Origin: Ostreococcus lucimarinus
Taxonomy: Eukaryota
Length of the DNA: 64,000 bases
Assembly (NCBI GenBank): GCA_000092065.1
Contig: CP000585.1
Direction: 5' to 3' (one strand)
Positions 18,557 through 28,730 of the stretch are shown here, piece by piece. A program made the translations under genes and the position numbers. How positions within the stretch are numbered: the stretch's first letter is position 1; each line of letters starts with the position of its first letter. Under the pieces are notes generated by a model. The model worked only from the letters and a program-made list of their open reading frames with translations, was not told the DNA's origin and ran no database searches.

Positions 18557-20161
18557 TTAGCGAACGTGGTTAGTGTTTTGTAATTTTCGAGTTGAGTTTT
18601 TTACCTGCATTGGCGACAAGTCGTACGAAAACTTCACCACGGGACCGCGAGGGCGGCGAAATTCATCATCCATCGCATGCTCTTCCACGCGATCGTAATA
18701 TATCATCTCGCGTTCTTCAGCGCTTCCGTGCACGTCGAAATGGTTGCTCGAAAATGTGTACTCGTAAATCTGAATCGGTGCCCCGTCAATCGGCGCAAAC
18801 GTGCGTGGAATCACCTTCATGTAGTGTTCAAAAGCCGTTCTTCGATTTTCACGCGCGTCAAACTGGGCGCCGCCGCCGCCGTTGTCTTTCTTTGCGAATC
18901 TCCCTCCCATGTCCACTGGAATGAGGCTCCAAGCTTTGCGCAAATGTCGTGGAATGAAACTGGGTTTACCTGGAACGTGCTCGCCGAATGATAAGTGTCG
19001 AACGACGTGCGTCATGTCCACGTCCGCGAGCGAGTGCGATCGCGATCGAGGCACAAAATAAAACGCTCCCGGCACTCGATTGACGTTGAATTGACCATTC
19101 ACGGAGCAACCAGGCGTTCTCACGACGGAATCGTGCCGACCGTCACCATCGGCATCGTGTCCAAAAACCGTGCCTCGTTTCTTTGGCGATGCCTCGTCGT
19201 TGCCGTCCTCTGTCGCGGCTTCGATTTCTTTCAGCAGAGAATCTGCGAAAGCCGCGATCGCTTCAGCGCTGCGCTTGCCGTGATACACCTCGAATTGAAT
19301 GTTCTCAGCCTCGCGGTGTAACTCTGCAATCGACGTTTGATTTTCTTTCGAAGGATGCAAAGACCCGGCGCGATAGACGCGCACGGATGGGTACGCTTGC
19401 ACGTGCAATTTCGAGCACAACTCGTCGTTCTTTTCCGTCGAGCAGTCCACGGAGGCCATGCCGAGCGAAAGTCGGGAGCGTCCGGTGCGACGCAACTCGA
19501 GACGCACCATCTCAGCCGCGTGCTCCCAGATCGGCGCGAAATTCCGACAGTGCAAACACCACGGCGCGTGAAAGTTCACGAGGAGTAATCCATGATGAAC
19601 GCGAACCATGTGCTCGAACATGTCTAACCCCGCGATGTCGAATGCGATTCTTTTGTTGCCGTAGTGGTCGTAGTCGGTCGTAGTGCCGTACTCGAACGCG
19701 TCGTCCAGCGTCTCGGCGTTCACCGGCGCCGCGTGTTGAATGTTCATGTACTTCATAGGCCCGCTCAACGGATGTTTGTAGACGTTTTCACCGCTTATGT
19801 TCGTCTTTCGCGAGCCGATGGCGTCGACCACGTCCAGATGAAGGAACTCGCATTCGACGAATGGGAAATCCACGCGAACGTTCACTCGTAGCTTGGCGTC
19901 CGCGGTGTGATCGACGACGATGTCCGTGACGTACGTCGCCGCGAACAGCGCACTGACTTGCATCGTAAACAGCGCGATGAAGATCAACGAGACGACGATT
20001 GTGAATAAACCACCTCCAACCGTGCGCTCGGTGAAGCCTGAGATTTCAGGCGGCGCGTGGGCGTACATGTCAAGGCGTCGAAGGGCGTTGGCGCAGCGAC
20101 CATCGTCGGGATAGTCGCCGGGAAGCGATGTCGCGCCAGTGCTCGTTCGACGAACCACCAT
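18557..20161 (-). CDS. PDI-C type protein disulfide isomerase-like (ERGIC-N domain + thioredoxin WCLHC + COPII-coated ERV domain)
   Basis: 534 aa. The N-terminus FTERTVGGGLFTIVVSLIFIALF...VDFPFVECEFLHLDVVD is ERV41/46-like. The thioredoxin core is LVNFHAPWCLHCRNF. The C-terminal part ...FYFVPRS...KFSYDLSPMQV is COPII-ERV-like. Confidence 0.65.
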   Translation of the reverse strand: MVVRRTSTGATSLPGDYPDDGRCANALRRLDMYAHAPPEISGFTERTVGGGLFTIVVSLIFIALFTMQVSALFAATYVTDIVVDHTADAKLRVNVRVDFPFVECEFLHLDVVDAIGSRKTNISGENVYKHPLSGPMKYMNIQHAAPVNAETLDDAFEYGTTTDYDHYGNKRIAFDIAGLDMFEHMVRVHHGLLLVNFHAPWCLHCRNFAPIWEHAAEMVRLELRRTGRSRLSLGMASVDCSTEKNDELCSKLHVQAYPSVRVYRAGSLHPSKENQTSIAELHREAENIQFEVYHGKRSAEAIAAFADSLLKEIEAATEDGNDEASPKKRGTVFGHDADGDGRHDSVVRTPGCSVNGQFNVNRVPGAFYFVPRSRSHSLADVDMTHVVRHLSFGEHVPGKPSFIPRHLRKAWSLIPVDMGGRFAKKDNGGGGAQFDARENRRTAFEHYMKVIPRTFAPIDGAPIQIYEYTFSSNHFDVHGSAEEREMIYYDRVEEHAMDDEFRRPRGPVVKFSYDLSPMQVKNSTRKLQNTNHVR

Positions 20162-20343
20162 GAATATCGCGCGCTGATGTGACGCCTCGTGAGCACGAGC
20201 AGTCGCGTCAGCAAAGGCGTTTGATTGTCCGAGGAAGCAACGTCGGCGCGACGAGACGGTTCGTCTTCAAGACGGCGGAGTTTCAAGAGATATTGAGAGT
20301 TTACAACAGAAAGATAAACTAACTAAAAAAATAGAACAAGACC

Positions 20344-21918
20344 CTACGTCGTCATCATGCTCAAGTTGTTGCGCACGTCAAAGTCGTTGTCATCGCACAG
20401 AGTGCGTCGGATGCACTTGTCCCAAATCAACAACGCCTCGTCGTTCGATTCGGGAAGCACACGGCGAAGGCGAACGGGCTCGCCCGTGGTCGTGCCGTCC
20501 GCCTCGGCGAATTCGGCGACGTTGAACTTGAAGAAGAATTTATTAGCCACCGCAGAGGTGACTTTATGAGGGTTGGTAACGATGGCGCGAACTTCGAGGT
20601 AGACGCTCGGCTTGCCGCATCGCGCTTCCTCCGCATTCACCGTGTGCAATACTTTGCATTTGAAACGAACGAGATCACCGATGTTCACGGGAAGCGTGAA
20701 ATCGATATCGCTCATCTCAACGAACATCGGGTGCCCACCGGAGAAGAGCTGACAGTTCGCGAACGCGAGCTCGTACGCTCGGCGAAGTAGGAACCCGCCA
20801 AAGACTCTGCCAGAGAGGTTTCTTTGCTGCGGCTGCGCGACAAACATATTTTCCGCCATTGTCTGCGTCGTCATGACTTCATTATAACCGGCAGTCAACG
20901 CTGGCATCTCTTGGTTCAAGCATGCGCGTTCACGAATCGAGCGCACCCACTCCGTTCGATGTTTTATGAGCGTCTCGTTCAACACGGCGTCGCCCTTTTT
21001 CGATCTCAAACGCTTGCGCAAAATCGACGCTTGAATCTCTTGCGCTCGTTCTTTGTGTCGCCTCGACACGCAAACCAACGGGTTTACCGGCCATGATTTG
21101 TTTGTCTCCGGATCTCTCGCCACGAAGGTAAAATCTGCCGCCAATGCCGGTTCCGTGCGGTCGTCGTCCACCGTCGCATCCTCGACGGCGCCGTCGTCGT
21201 CCGCCTCCATACGAATCACCATACTCGACGTCCCCACGAACGCCACCTCCCCCCGCAATACCACATCCTTATCTAGCGACAAAGGTCGATTCAGTCGCAC
21301 TCTATCGACGCTCGCCGTCACCAACTGCGGCGTCTTTGTCGTATCGTCGTCGTCGTCTGCGTGAAAAAACGCGATGTTTCCCGCGAGCGAGTCCAAATCT
21401 TCCAATATCCTCCCCATCCGCACCGCCCCACTGCCGTGCGATTTATACATTTCCCGCATTTCTTCATCGCTCTGCCACACGTACACGGCGCTGTGCGTCC
21501 TCGGTTCGCGCGGCAGAAGCTTTTCGCTCAGCTTCGTCGCCGCCTTGCCGCTCTCCGCCTTGCGCAGTCTCTCCCTCCACAGGTGTTTCGTGACGTGCGT
21601 GCGCGTGTGCGCGATGTGCACGTCCTCGGGCGTGCGCGAGGACGTCGAATACCACCGCGGAACGTCCGCTCGCGTCGCGCGATCGCTCGACGCGCGCGCG
21701 CGCGGCGACGAAACTTCCTCCGTCGACCTCGACGCGTCCGACCGCGGGACGCTTTCGAGCGATCCCGTCGCCGCGACGTCGCGCGCGCGCCAGGACGACG
21801 CCGCGCGCGACGCCGCGTGGCGTTTACGAGCGATCGCGCGCGCGAGCATGGGCGATGCGCGCGCGCGCGGGGCGTCGGAGTGTGTCGAGCGCGCGCTATC
21901 CAAATCTCGCGGAGGCAT
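20344..21918 (-). CDS. Acyl-CoA thioesterase with a double hotdog fold, ACOT9-like and probably mitochondrial
   Basis: 524 aa. The N-terminus is Arg/Ser-rich and presequence-like. The hotdog motif is GRVFGGFLLRRAYELAFANCQLF. There are two thioesterase-like halves. Confidence 0.6.
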   Translation of the reverse strand: MPPRDLDSARSTHSDAPRARASPMLARAIARKRHAASRAASSWRARDVAATGSLESVPRSDASRSTEEVSSPRARASSDRATRADVPRWYSTSSRTPEDVHIAHTRTHVTKHLWRERLRKAESGKAATKLSEKLLPREPRTHSAVYVWQSDEEMREMYKSHGSGAVRMGRILEDLDSLAGNIAFFHADDDDDTTKTPQLVTASVDRVRLNRPLSLDKDVVLRGEVAFVGTSSMVIRMEADDDGAVEDATVDDDRTEPALAADFTFVARDPETNKSWPVNPLVCVSRRHKERAQEIQASILRKRLRSKKGDAVLNETLIKHRTEWVRSIRERACLNQEMPALTAGYNEVMTTQTMAENMFVAQPQQRNLSGRVFGGFLLRRAYELAFANCQLFSGGHPMFVEMSDIDFTLPVNIGDLVRFKCKVLHTVNAEEARCGKPSVYLEVRAIVTNPHKVTSAVANKFFFKFNVAEFAEADGTTTGEPVRLRRVLPESNDEALLIWDKCIRRTLCDDNDFDVRNNLSMMTT

Positions 21919-21986
21919 TCCGAGGCGCGCGGGCGGCGACGGAGCGGTCTGCGCGACGCCAGCGCGCGATCGAAGAGGCGCCCGCG

Positions 21987-23117
21987 ATGGGGCTTCCGAC
22001 GCATCGCGACAGCGACGCGCGCAGGCGTCGTAAGGGCGCGTCCGCGTCTTTGTTTTACGGTTCGACGTCCATCGCGACGGTGTTTCTCAACAAGTCCATC
22101 TTCGCGACGTGGAAGTTTAAGTTCCCGGCGACGCTCGTCACGGCGCAGACGATATTCACGGTGTTTGCCATCGTCGCGCTGGAGCACGTGGGCGCGATCT
22201 CGCCGCGGGGGGGGAAAGGGTTTCGCGGGAACTTTAACGCGAAGGCGTTCAAGCGCGTCGGCGTGGTGAGCGCGGTGTTTCAAATGAAACTCGTGCTCGA
22301 CATGAAGGCGCTGTCGATGATAAACATCCCGATGTACGGGGTGTTGAAGTCGGCGACGACGCCGTTCGTGATGGCGATCGATTGGGTGATGATGGGGAAA
22401 GTGGCGCCGGCGCGCGTGCAGGCGGCGGTGTGGTTGACCACGCTCGGGGGAGTGTGCGCCGGTACGGGAGATTTGGAGTTTAATTTCCTAGGGTACCTAG
22501 TTGCGCTGTGCAGTGCGCTGTGCACGGCGATGTATGTTGTGTTGGTTGGTAAGATTGGGGACGAATTGCAGTTGGATTCGTTCACATTGTTGTTGTACAA
22601 CTCGTTGTGGAGCGCGCCGTTGAGCTTGGCGATTTGTTTCGTGTTCGGCGAGCACCGCGGGTTATTGGATTATCCCTACCTCGGCCACTTTGGGTTTTTG
22701 ATTGCTTTTTTGTGCTCGTGCTCGAGCGCGTTCATATTGAACTACGCGACGTACCTGTGCACGCAGCTGAACGAGGCGCTGACGACGTCGGTGGTGGGAC
22801 GGACGAAAGGCATAGTTCAAGGCGTCTTCGGTTTGTTTGCGTTTCACGTGCGGGCGAGCGCGACAAACGTGGCTGGTATAATTTTGAACTCAGCGGGCGT
22901 GGCTTGGTATGCGTACGAAAAGTACACCGGGGCGAAGCGCTCGAGTCCGCGTGCTATCGCGCCGGCGACGCTCAACGCCTGCGTAATTCACCGCGAAGAT
23001 AGCCAGCTCACGCTCGAGTCATCGGCACGGTCGGAGGGTGCGGTCGCGAACGAAAGACCGGTGGTTCCGACGAACGGGCGCATGGCGCTGAAAAACTCGC
23101 ACCAGCACGCGCATTGA
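21987..23117 (+). CDS. Nucleotide-sugar / triose-phosphate transporter family (TPT/NST, SLC35-like) membrane protein
   Basis: The ORF 21855..23117 overlaps the divergent thioesterase gene. The likely start is MGLPTHRD at 21987. There are about 10 TM segments. It has the KSATTPFV motif and GIVQGVFGLFAF, typical of the DMT/NST superfamily. Confidence 0.7.
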   Translation: MGLPTHRDSDARRRRKGASASLFYGSTSIATVFLNKSIFATWKFKFPATLVTAQTIFTVFAIVALEHVGAISPRGGKGFRGNFNAKAFKRVGVVSAVFQMKLVLDMKALSMINIPMYGVLKSATTPFVMAIDWVMMGKVAPARVQAAVWLTTLGGVCAGTGDLEFNFLGYLVALCSALCTAMYVVLVGKIGDELQLDSFTLLLYNSLWSAPLSLAICFVFGEHRGLLDYPYLGHFGFLIAFLCSCSSAFILNYATYLCTQLNEALTTSVVGRTKGIVQGVFGLFAFHVRASATNVAGIILNSAGVAWYAYEKYTGAKRSSPRAIAPATLNACVIHREDSQLTLESSARSEGAVANERPVVPTNGRMALKNSHQHAH

Positions 23118-23209
23118 CGGGTTTCTAGAATAAGCGATTTAATACATTCGTTGGCACATTGTTTTACTGTTACATGCTCGGTGTTTGAAAGAATCGTTTC
23201 GTAAGTTCA

Positions 23210-24613
23210 TCAATCTTGGTGCTCGCGCACGGCCGCTCGCGCGTCGCGTGCCTCGTGCAACCGAGGGGGCAACCACGATGGGAAGATGGACGCAAACAAG
23301 CTATACACGAAAATTTTGATCTCGCCTATGTACGATGTCGGCATCGTCGTGTGCCCCGCCGCGTGCGTCGCCCTGAAAGGGGCGACGATCGGTTGATCTT
23401 CGTTCGCTGCACCGTCGGCGTTTCTTCCCTCGCCGCCGTTTCGTCTCGCATTTTGTCGCTCTAATCCGTTTCTACCGATGTTATCGTTGCCGGTGATCCA
23501 CCGCGCGACCGGCGCCAGGGCGCCGGTTTGCTGCAGGTACACTAAGATCGCGACGCCAACGTACATGGCCGTCTTTGCCGCGCTCGCATCCTGCGACATA
23601 AAGAAAACCATCATGGCGAGCTTTAGGATGAGTTTCAAGTCGATGCGAATGTGAATCACTCGCACGCGCGCGCCCGGGGGAATGTTTAGCTCTGGCGGCA
23701 GCCCGTTCTCCATGCGTTGTCGCTGCTGCGCGTCGTCTACTCCGGTGCGCTCGTTCGCAGCATGTTCGCCGCTCGAAGCCGCATCGACGCGTAAAAAGTT
23801 GCCCACTCCCACGAGCGGTGGTGGACCCGGCGGCGTGGACGACGGCGATAAAGCCGCGAACGCGGCGTAGTACGCGGCTTGATACGTCGCGTTCATCAAA
23901 GGCGACGTCGCGTGCTCCAGGGCACTCGGCGACGCGCGCGGTGCGTCTTCGCGAAACATCGACACCGGTGATGCGAACGCGTTCGCCGAAACGTCTCCCC
24001 GAAACATCGCGGGCGTTCCCGGATCGGACGCGCCCGCGTCTCGCGCGTCGCCCCGCGTCGCCGTCGTCTCCCGCGCCTCGCTCGCCGGCACCGCAGTCTC
24101 GTGACCGCCCTCTTCGCGCGCGTCGCCCTCGCCGCCGCGCGCGTTCACCGCGCCCTCCGCCGTCGTCGTCGTCGTCGCCCGCGAATCCTCCGCCGACGTC
24201 TCCCGCGCGCTTCGCACCACGATGTGCACCACGTACTCCTCCGCCGCGCGCGCCTCTCCCTCCGTCCCCGACTCGTCTACCGTCGCCATTTCCGTTCGCC
24301 CGTCCCCCTCCCCCGCCGTCTCTCCGTACGCCGCGACGCTCTCTCGTCCCCGCGCGAACGCGTCTCGCAGCGTCTCGTCGTCTCGCAAAACCTTCCCCCC
24401 GTAAATCAGCACCACCGACTCCGCGTTCGGCGCGTCCCACACCGCGTTCACCACGAATCGTCGCTTCAGCGTCCCCACGTCCACGTCCAGGCTCCGCACG
24501 CGCACCGTGACGTCCGCGTTTTCGCCTCGCGCGTCCGGCGTCGCGCGTTTCAGCGTGATTTTGATCTCGCGTTCGCGTCGTCCCGGTGACGCGTCGCCGC
24601 TTCGCGTCGCCAT
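23210..24613 (-). CDS. Herp-like protein: N-terminal ubiquitin-like domain, long low-complexity acidic middle, C-terminal hydrophobic region
   Basis: ORF 23210..24877. The likely start is MATRSGDASPG at 24613. The UBL-like segment reads IKITLKRATPDARGENADVTVRVRSLDVDVGTLKRRFV...VLIYGGKVLRDDETLRD. A C-terminal hydrophobic hairpin reads LAMMVFFMSQ...YVGVAILVYL. The 499-aa ORF 23481..24980 on the same strand is an R-rich artefact. Confidence 0.5.
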   Translation of the reverse strand: MATRSGDASPGRREREIKITLKRATPDARGENADVTVRVRSLDVDVGTLKRRFVVNAVWDAPNAESVVLIYGGKVLRDDETLRDAFARGRESVAAYGETAGEGDGRTEMATVDESGTEGEARAAEEYVVHIVVRSARETSAEDSRATTTTTAEGAVNARGGEGDAREEGGHETAVPASEARETTATRGDARDAGASDPGTPAMFRGDVSANAFASPVSMFREDAPRASPSALEHATSPLMNATYQAAYYAAFAALSPSSTPPGPPPLVGVGNFLRVDAASSGEHAANERTGVDDAQQRQRMENGLPPELNIPPGARVRVIHIRIDLKLILKLAMMVFFMSQDASAAKTAMYVGVAILVYLQQTGALAPVARWITGNDNIGRNGLERQNARRNGGEGRNADGAANEDQPIVAPFRATHAAGHTTMPTSYIGEIKIFVYSLFASIFPSWLPPRLHEARDARAAVREHQD

Positions 24614-24724
24614 CGCGCCGTCGGAAACGCGTCGGAAACGGGCCCGCGCGCGCGCGCGTCGCGCGCTCGCGCGCGCGTCGACGCGCGTCGCGTCGCGTCG
24701 CGTCGCGTCGCCGTCTGCGTCTCT

Positions 24725-24850
24725 TTTCTGACACACGGACGCAAAGAGGCGACGCCACGCATGAGATATCACACGGACCCAAAGAGGCGACGCGACGCGT
24801 GCGTCCGAGACGCGACGCATGCGTCTGACACACGGACCACACGCGCGCGC
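24725..24850. repeat. Imperfect ~38-bp tandem repeats (acacggac-S-caaagaggcgacgc-S-acgc-R-tg, 2.5 copies) plus (GCGTC)n in the divergent promoter between the Herp-like and SLC35B-like genes
   Basis: Read directly at 24732-24766, 24770-24804 and 24826-24843. Nearby are a G12 homopolymer at 25186-25197 and (GA)6-7 runs at 25213-25255. Confidence 0.7.
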
Positions 24851-25368
24851 CGACGCGCCGCCTCCGCCGCGACGCAATCCGCGACGCGCGAACCGACGCG
24901 ACGAACGACGCAGAATGATCTCGCGCGCGACGACGGTGGCGATCGCGCCGAACGCACGCGCGCAAACCCACGCGCGCCAACGACGCGCGCCGAGCGTGCG
25001 GGCGTCGACGTCGGCGCCGACGCTGGGCGGACGACGATCGGCGATCGTCGGCGGCGGCGCGGTGGCGCTCGAACAGCGCGCGATGGCGACGCGCGCGGAG
25101 CGACGACGGGTGGTGACGTGCGTGAAAACGAAGCGATGCGCGCGAGAGGGGTCGGACGCGACGAAAACGGCGACGGGCGAACGCGGGGGGGGGGGGATGA
25201 GTGAACGCGCGCGAGAGAGAGAGAGGGTTTGCCGTCGACGCGAGAGAGAGAGAGGGCGCGAGGGCGAGACGCGGTGCGGGAGAGACGCGGTGCCGGAGGG
25301 TGCGAAGGAAAGGGGATGAAGACTGACGAGGAGGCGCGTTTTCGGAACGTCGCAGTCGCGCCGGTGGT

Positions 25369-26355
25369 GTGGCGAAAGCCGCGCCGGGCGAACCGAAGAA
25401 GGTGTTCGGGTTGACCTTGCCGGAGGGCGAAGGGATCTCTTTCGCGATTCTCGCCGCCGGTTCCCTCGGTTCCGCGCTCGGTTTCGCCGCGCTTCAAGAG
25501 GGCGTGTTCCGCATTCCGGGCTTCAAGTTCTCGGCGTGGATGACGGTTTTGACGACGTTTACGTACTTTTTGTGCGGCGCGCTCGAGATGAAGCTCACCA
25601 AAGACTCCCGTAAGGGTTCTTGGAAGAACTACGGTATTCTTTCCGTGTACACCTACGGTGGTATGGCTTTGACCAACTACGCGTTGTCCTACTTGAACTA
25701 CGCCACCCGCATCGTGTTCAAGTCCGCGAAGATCATCCCCGTCATGGCCTTCTCCGTCTTGATCGTCGGCAAGAAGTACAACTGGAAGGAGTGGTTGTCG
25801 GCGGCGATTCTCGTCGCGGGCATCGTCCTCTTCACCCTCGGTGACGTCGCGTCCTCCCCGGCGTTCGCGCCGATCGGTGTTGCGCTCATCGCCGCCGCCT
25901 TGTGCGTCGATGCGATCTGCGCTAACTTCGAGGAGAAGAACTTCTTCCGTTGCGAAACCCCGTCGACGACGCAGGAAGTGCTCTGCTACGCGTCCTTGAT
26001 CGGTACCGCGTACGGTCTCGTCCCGCTCATCGCGTCCGGTGGCCTCGCTCCGGCGCTCGCTTTCTCTCAAGCGAACCCGCAAGTGGTGCCGATGATCATG
26101 GCCTTCTCCGTCATGGGCTACTCTTCCGTGTCTTTCATCCTCTCCCTCATCAAGTACTTCGGTGCCACCGAGGCTGAAATCGTGAAGTCGCTCCGCAAGG
26201 TGCTCTCCATCGTGATCTCCTTCGCCCTCTTCCCGAAGGAACTCAACTGGAAGTACATCGCTGGTTTCGCCGCCGTCGTCGTCTCCACGGTCTACACCTT
26301 CTACCTCAAGCAACAAAAGAACGCCGCCAAGGCTGCCGCCAAGGCTGCGGAATAA
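25369..26355 (+). CDS. UAA/SLC35B-family nucleotide-sugar or PAPS transporter (UDP-galactose transporter-related)
   Basis: 328 aa. GC3 is high but codon usage is that of a highly expressed gene. There are about 10 TM segments. Motifs FKSAKIIPVM and VLIVGKKYNWKEW are typical of SLC35B/UAA. The antisense ORF 24769..26316 is open only because of GC3 bias. Confidence 0.75.
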   Translation: MAKAAPGEPKKVFGLTLPEGEGISFAILAAGSLGSALGFAALQEGVFRIPGFKFSAWMTVLTTFTYFLCGALEMKLTKDSRKGSWKNYGILSVYTYGGMALTNYALSYLNYATRIVFKSAKIIPVMAFSVLIVGKKYNWKEWLSAAILVAGIVLFTLGDVASSPAFAPIGVALIAAALCVDAICANFEEKNFFRCETPSTTQEVLCYASLIGTAYGLVPLIASGGLAPALAFSQANPQVVPMIMAFSVMGYSSVSFILSLIKYFGATEAEIVKSLRKVLSIVISFALFPKELNWKYIAGFAAVVVSTVYTFYLKQQKNAAKAAAKAAE

Positions 26356-26767
26356 TTCCGCCCGTCTTTCTCGCCGAGAAGGAGTGCGTTTTTTTTTCGA
26401 AGGGACAATTGAAATTTATCGACCACTTCGTTTAGCACGAAGTTTATTAGGGCAAACGATGGATTGGGTCGTCCGCTTTCTCGTCCGATCGAGCAAGCGC
26501 TTTCGAGTCATCGTTCGTCAATCGATTTAATTATGATGCATCACAAACACAGTTTTCGGTTCGTTCGCGTTCGCTTTTTCGTCGAGGTTTCTTGAAGTAA
26601 ATATTGATTGCAGAATTCTATGTGTGCAATTAATCAACGCAACGCGGCGCATCATTACGATGCCCGCGCCGTCACTTCTCGCTAGGGAAGTGCGAGCCAC
26701 AAACGCTCGGCGGAAGATCGAACGTCCTCGACGCGTATGTTTAGGCCAAAACTTGCGCCGGCTTGAC

Positions 26768-28357
26768 TTAGGCGACGGCGTCGAAGTCAACCGGGTCGGA
26801 CTTCCAGATGAGGAAGACGAACACGGAAACCAATTGAAGGGCAGCGATCGGGAAGAACAAGGAGTACGCCCAGTTGCCGCCGGTCATGGAAAGGAAAAGA
26901 CCGGTGAAGAAGGTGGAAAGAGTCGACGCGATGGCCGCCGCCGTGTTGGTGACGCCCAACATGATGGACGCGTACTTCGGCGAAAGGTCTTGGTGACCGC
27001 AGAACAAACCAGTGCGGATGAACGCGGCGAAGCCGAAGGTGACGGACAGGAGACCGACAACCATGCCGATGGTTTGGTTCGTCACCGCGGCCACCGGGGT
27101 GGCGTTCACGATCAAGCCAATCATCGTGAGCGTCACGGCGCCGACGCCAAAGCAGAGCGTCTGCGAGCCCTTGCGAATTTGCGTTCGCGTGAGCTTCTTC
27201 TTCGCCTCGAGTTCACCGGCGAGTGGGGCGATGAGCGCGGTCACGATGACGGTGGACAAGTAAGGAAGAATGGAGAGGAAAGACGACTTGGACAAAGTCA
27301 CGCCCATGGCGCTCGCCAAGAAGGACGGCAACCACGCGAGCAAGCCGTAGGAAAAGTAGTTCCACGTAAAGTGCGCGACGGTGAGCGCCCAAAACTGCGG
27401 GTTGCGCACAAAGGCGGCCCACGGGATGGAGAGACCCTTCTTAGCGCCGGTGGTTTCGACTTCCTTCATGTCCGTGGAGGAATCGCGCATGTAGGAGATG
27501 AACCACCACGCGCCCCAGAAGAAGCCGAGGGCGCCGAACAAGTAAAAGACGGCGGCCCAGCCGCCGAGGTGGAAGATGATCGGCGGCGCGATGAGCAAAC
27601 CCAACAACGAGCCGACGTCGAGACCGCCGAAGGCGGAGGTCACGGCCTTCGATCGCTGGCTCGGCGGAACGCCCTTCGCCAACACGCCGGTCGCCGCGGA
27701 CGGCGCGACGCCTTCGCCGAGACCGACCAAGAATCTCGACGCGAGCAGCGCCGGCATGCCGAGCGCCGCGCACCACGGCGCGATGAGCGTACCGAACGAC
27801 CAGAGCATGACGCCCCAGAACAAGACGGCTTTACCGCCGTACTTACTCGCCAACCACCCACCCGGGATCTGCGTGAACGAATAACCCCAGAAGAACGCGG
27901 ACGCGACCAAGCCCTTTTGCGTCGCCGTCCACCCGAACGACTCCGCCATCGGCACGATGGCCACCGACATGTTCACCTTGTCCAAGTTACACAGCACGAA
28001 CGCGATGAACAGCGCGAACACCATCCCCCATCGCTTCTTTTGCCCTCCCTCGGTCATATCGAACACCTCTTCCTCCGGCGGATCGTTCGGGTTGATCTCG
28101 ATCGCCCCGCCCCCCGCGCGTCTCGCCGCGCGCGCCGCGCGCTTTTGCCCTAAGCCGATCGCCGATCGCGTCTCTCGCGCGCTTTTCGCGCCCACCGTCG
28201 ACGCGCGCGAGGCGCGCGCCCCCTCACATCGCGCGATCGTCACCGTCTCCGCCCGCATCGCCCGCGCGCGCGTCCCTCGTCGTCGCCTCGTCGTCGTCGT
28301 CGTCGCCCGCGCCGTCGCGTTCGCCATCGCCGTCGCGTTCGCCATCGCCGACATCAT
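26768..28357 (-). CDS. MFS anion:cation symporter, PHT4/SLC17-like Na/phosphate transporter, plastid-targeted
   Basis: 529 aa. The N-terminus carries an MANATA tandem repeat and an Arg-rich presequence. It has 12 TM segments. MFS motifs include GGWLASKYGGK and SRFLVGLGEGVAPSA. Confidence 0.8.
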   Translation of the reverse strand: MMSAMANATAMANATARATTTTTRRRRGTRARAMRAETVTIARCEGARASRASTVGAKSARETRSAIGLGQKRAARAARRAGGGAIEINPNDPPEEEVFDMTEGGQKKRWGMVFALFIAFVLCNLDKVNMSVAIVPMAESFGWTATQKGLVASAFFWGYSFTQIPGGWLASKYGGKAVLFWGVMLWSFGTLIAPWCAALGMPALLASRFLVGLGEGVAPSAATGVLAKGVPPSQRSKAVTSAFGGLDVGSLLGLLIAPPIIFHLGGWAAVFYLFGALGFFWGAWWFISYMRDSSTDMKEVETTGAKKGLSIPWAAFVRNPQFWALTVAHFTWNYFSYGLLAWLPSFLASAMGVTLSKSSFLSILPYLSTVIVTALIAPLAGELEAKKKLTRTQIRKGSQTLCFGVGAVTLTMIGLIVNATPVAAVTNQTIGMVVGLLSVTFGFAAFIRTGLFCGHQDLSPKYASIMLGVTNTAAAIASTLSTFFTGLFLSMTGGNWAYSLFFPIAALQLVSVFVFLIWKSDPVDFDAVA

Positions 28358-28730
28358 CGTCGCGCGCGTCGCGCGTTTTGACGCCCGCGGTCCGGTGCGC
28401 CGTCGCGCGTTCGAACGCCGTTCGATCGACGGTCTCGCGAGTCGGGTCGATCGCGATTCGCACGTCGCGCGCCGTCGTCTCGCGTCGCGTCGCGTCGATC
28501 GCGCGATCGCGCGATCCGCCGCCGGCGCGCCGAGCCGTTCGAACGCGCGTTTCAGTACACCTAAACCCTATACTTTTTTATGTATTTCGCGCGCGCGTCG
28601 TGATCTTTGATGCGGTCGAACAGGCGTCGAAGGCGACGATGCGAGACGACGCGAGACGACGCGGCGTCGCGGTCGGTCGCGCGCGGCGATCGGCGTTCGC
28701 GACGTCACTCGACGGGCGACGACGACGACG

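Noticed and set aside
17080-20161. Possible selenocysteine (in-frame TGA) in the thioredoxin-fold genes
   Set aside because: The active sites read WCKHC and WCLHC with ordinary Cys codons. No in-frame TGA interrupts these ORFs.
23481-26316. ORFs 23481..24980 - (499 aa), 23818..24510 + and 24769..26316 - (515 aa)
   Set aside because: They are R/G/D-rich junk frames antisense to or overlapping the Herp-like and SLC35B genes. The 515-aa ORF is simply the stop-poor antisense of a high-GC3 gene.
26624-28153. ORF 26624..28153 + (509 aa)
   Set aside because: It is antisense to the well-supported PHT4/MFS transporter, and its composition is R/E/G/D low-complexity.
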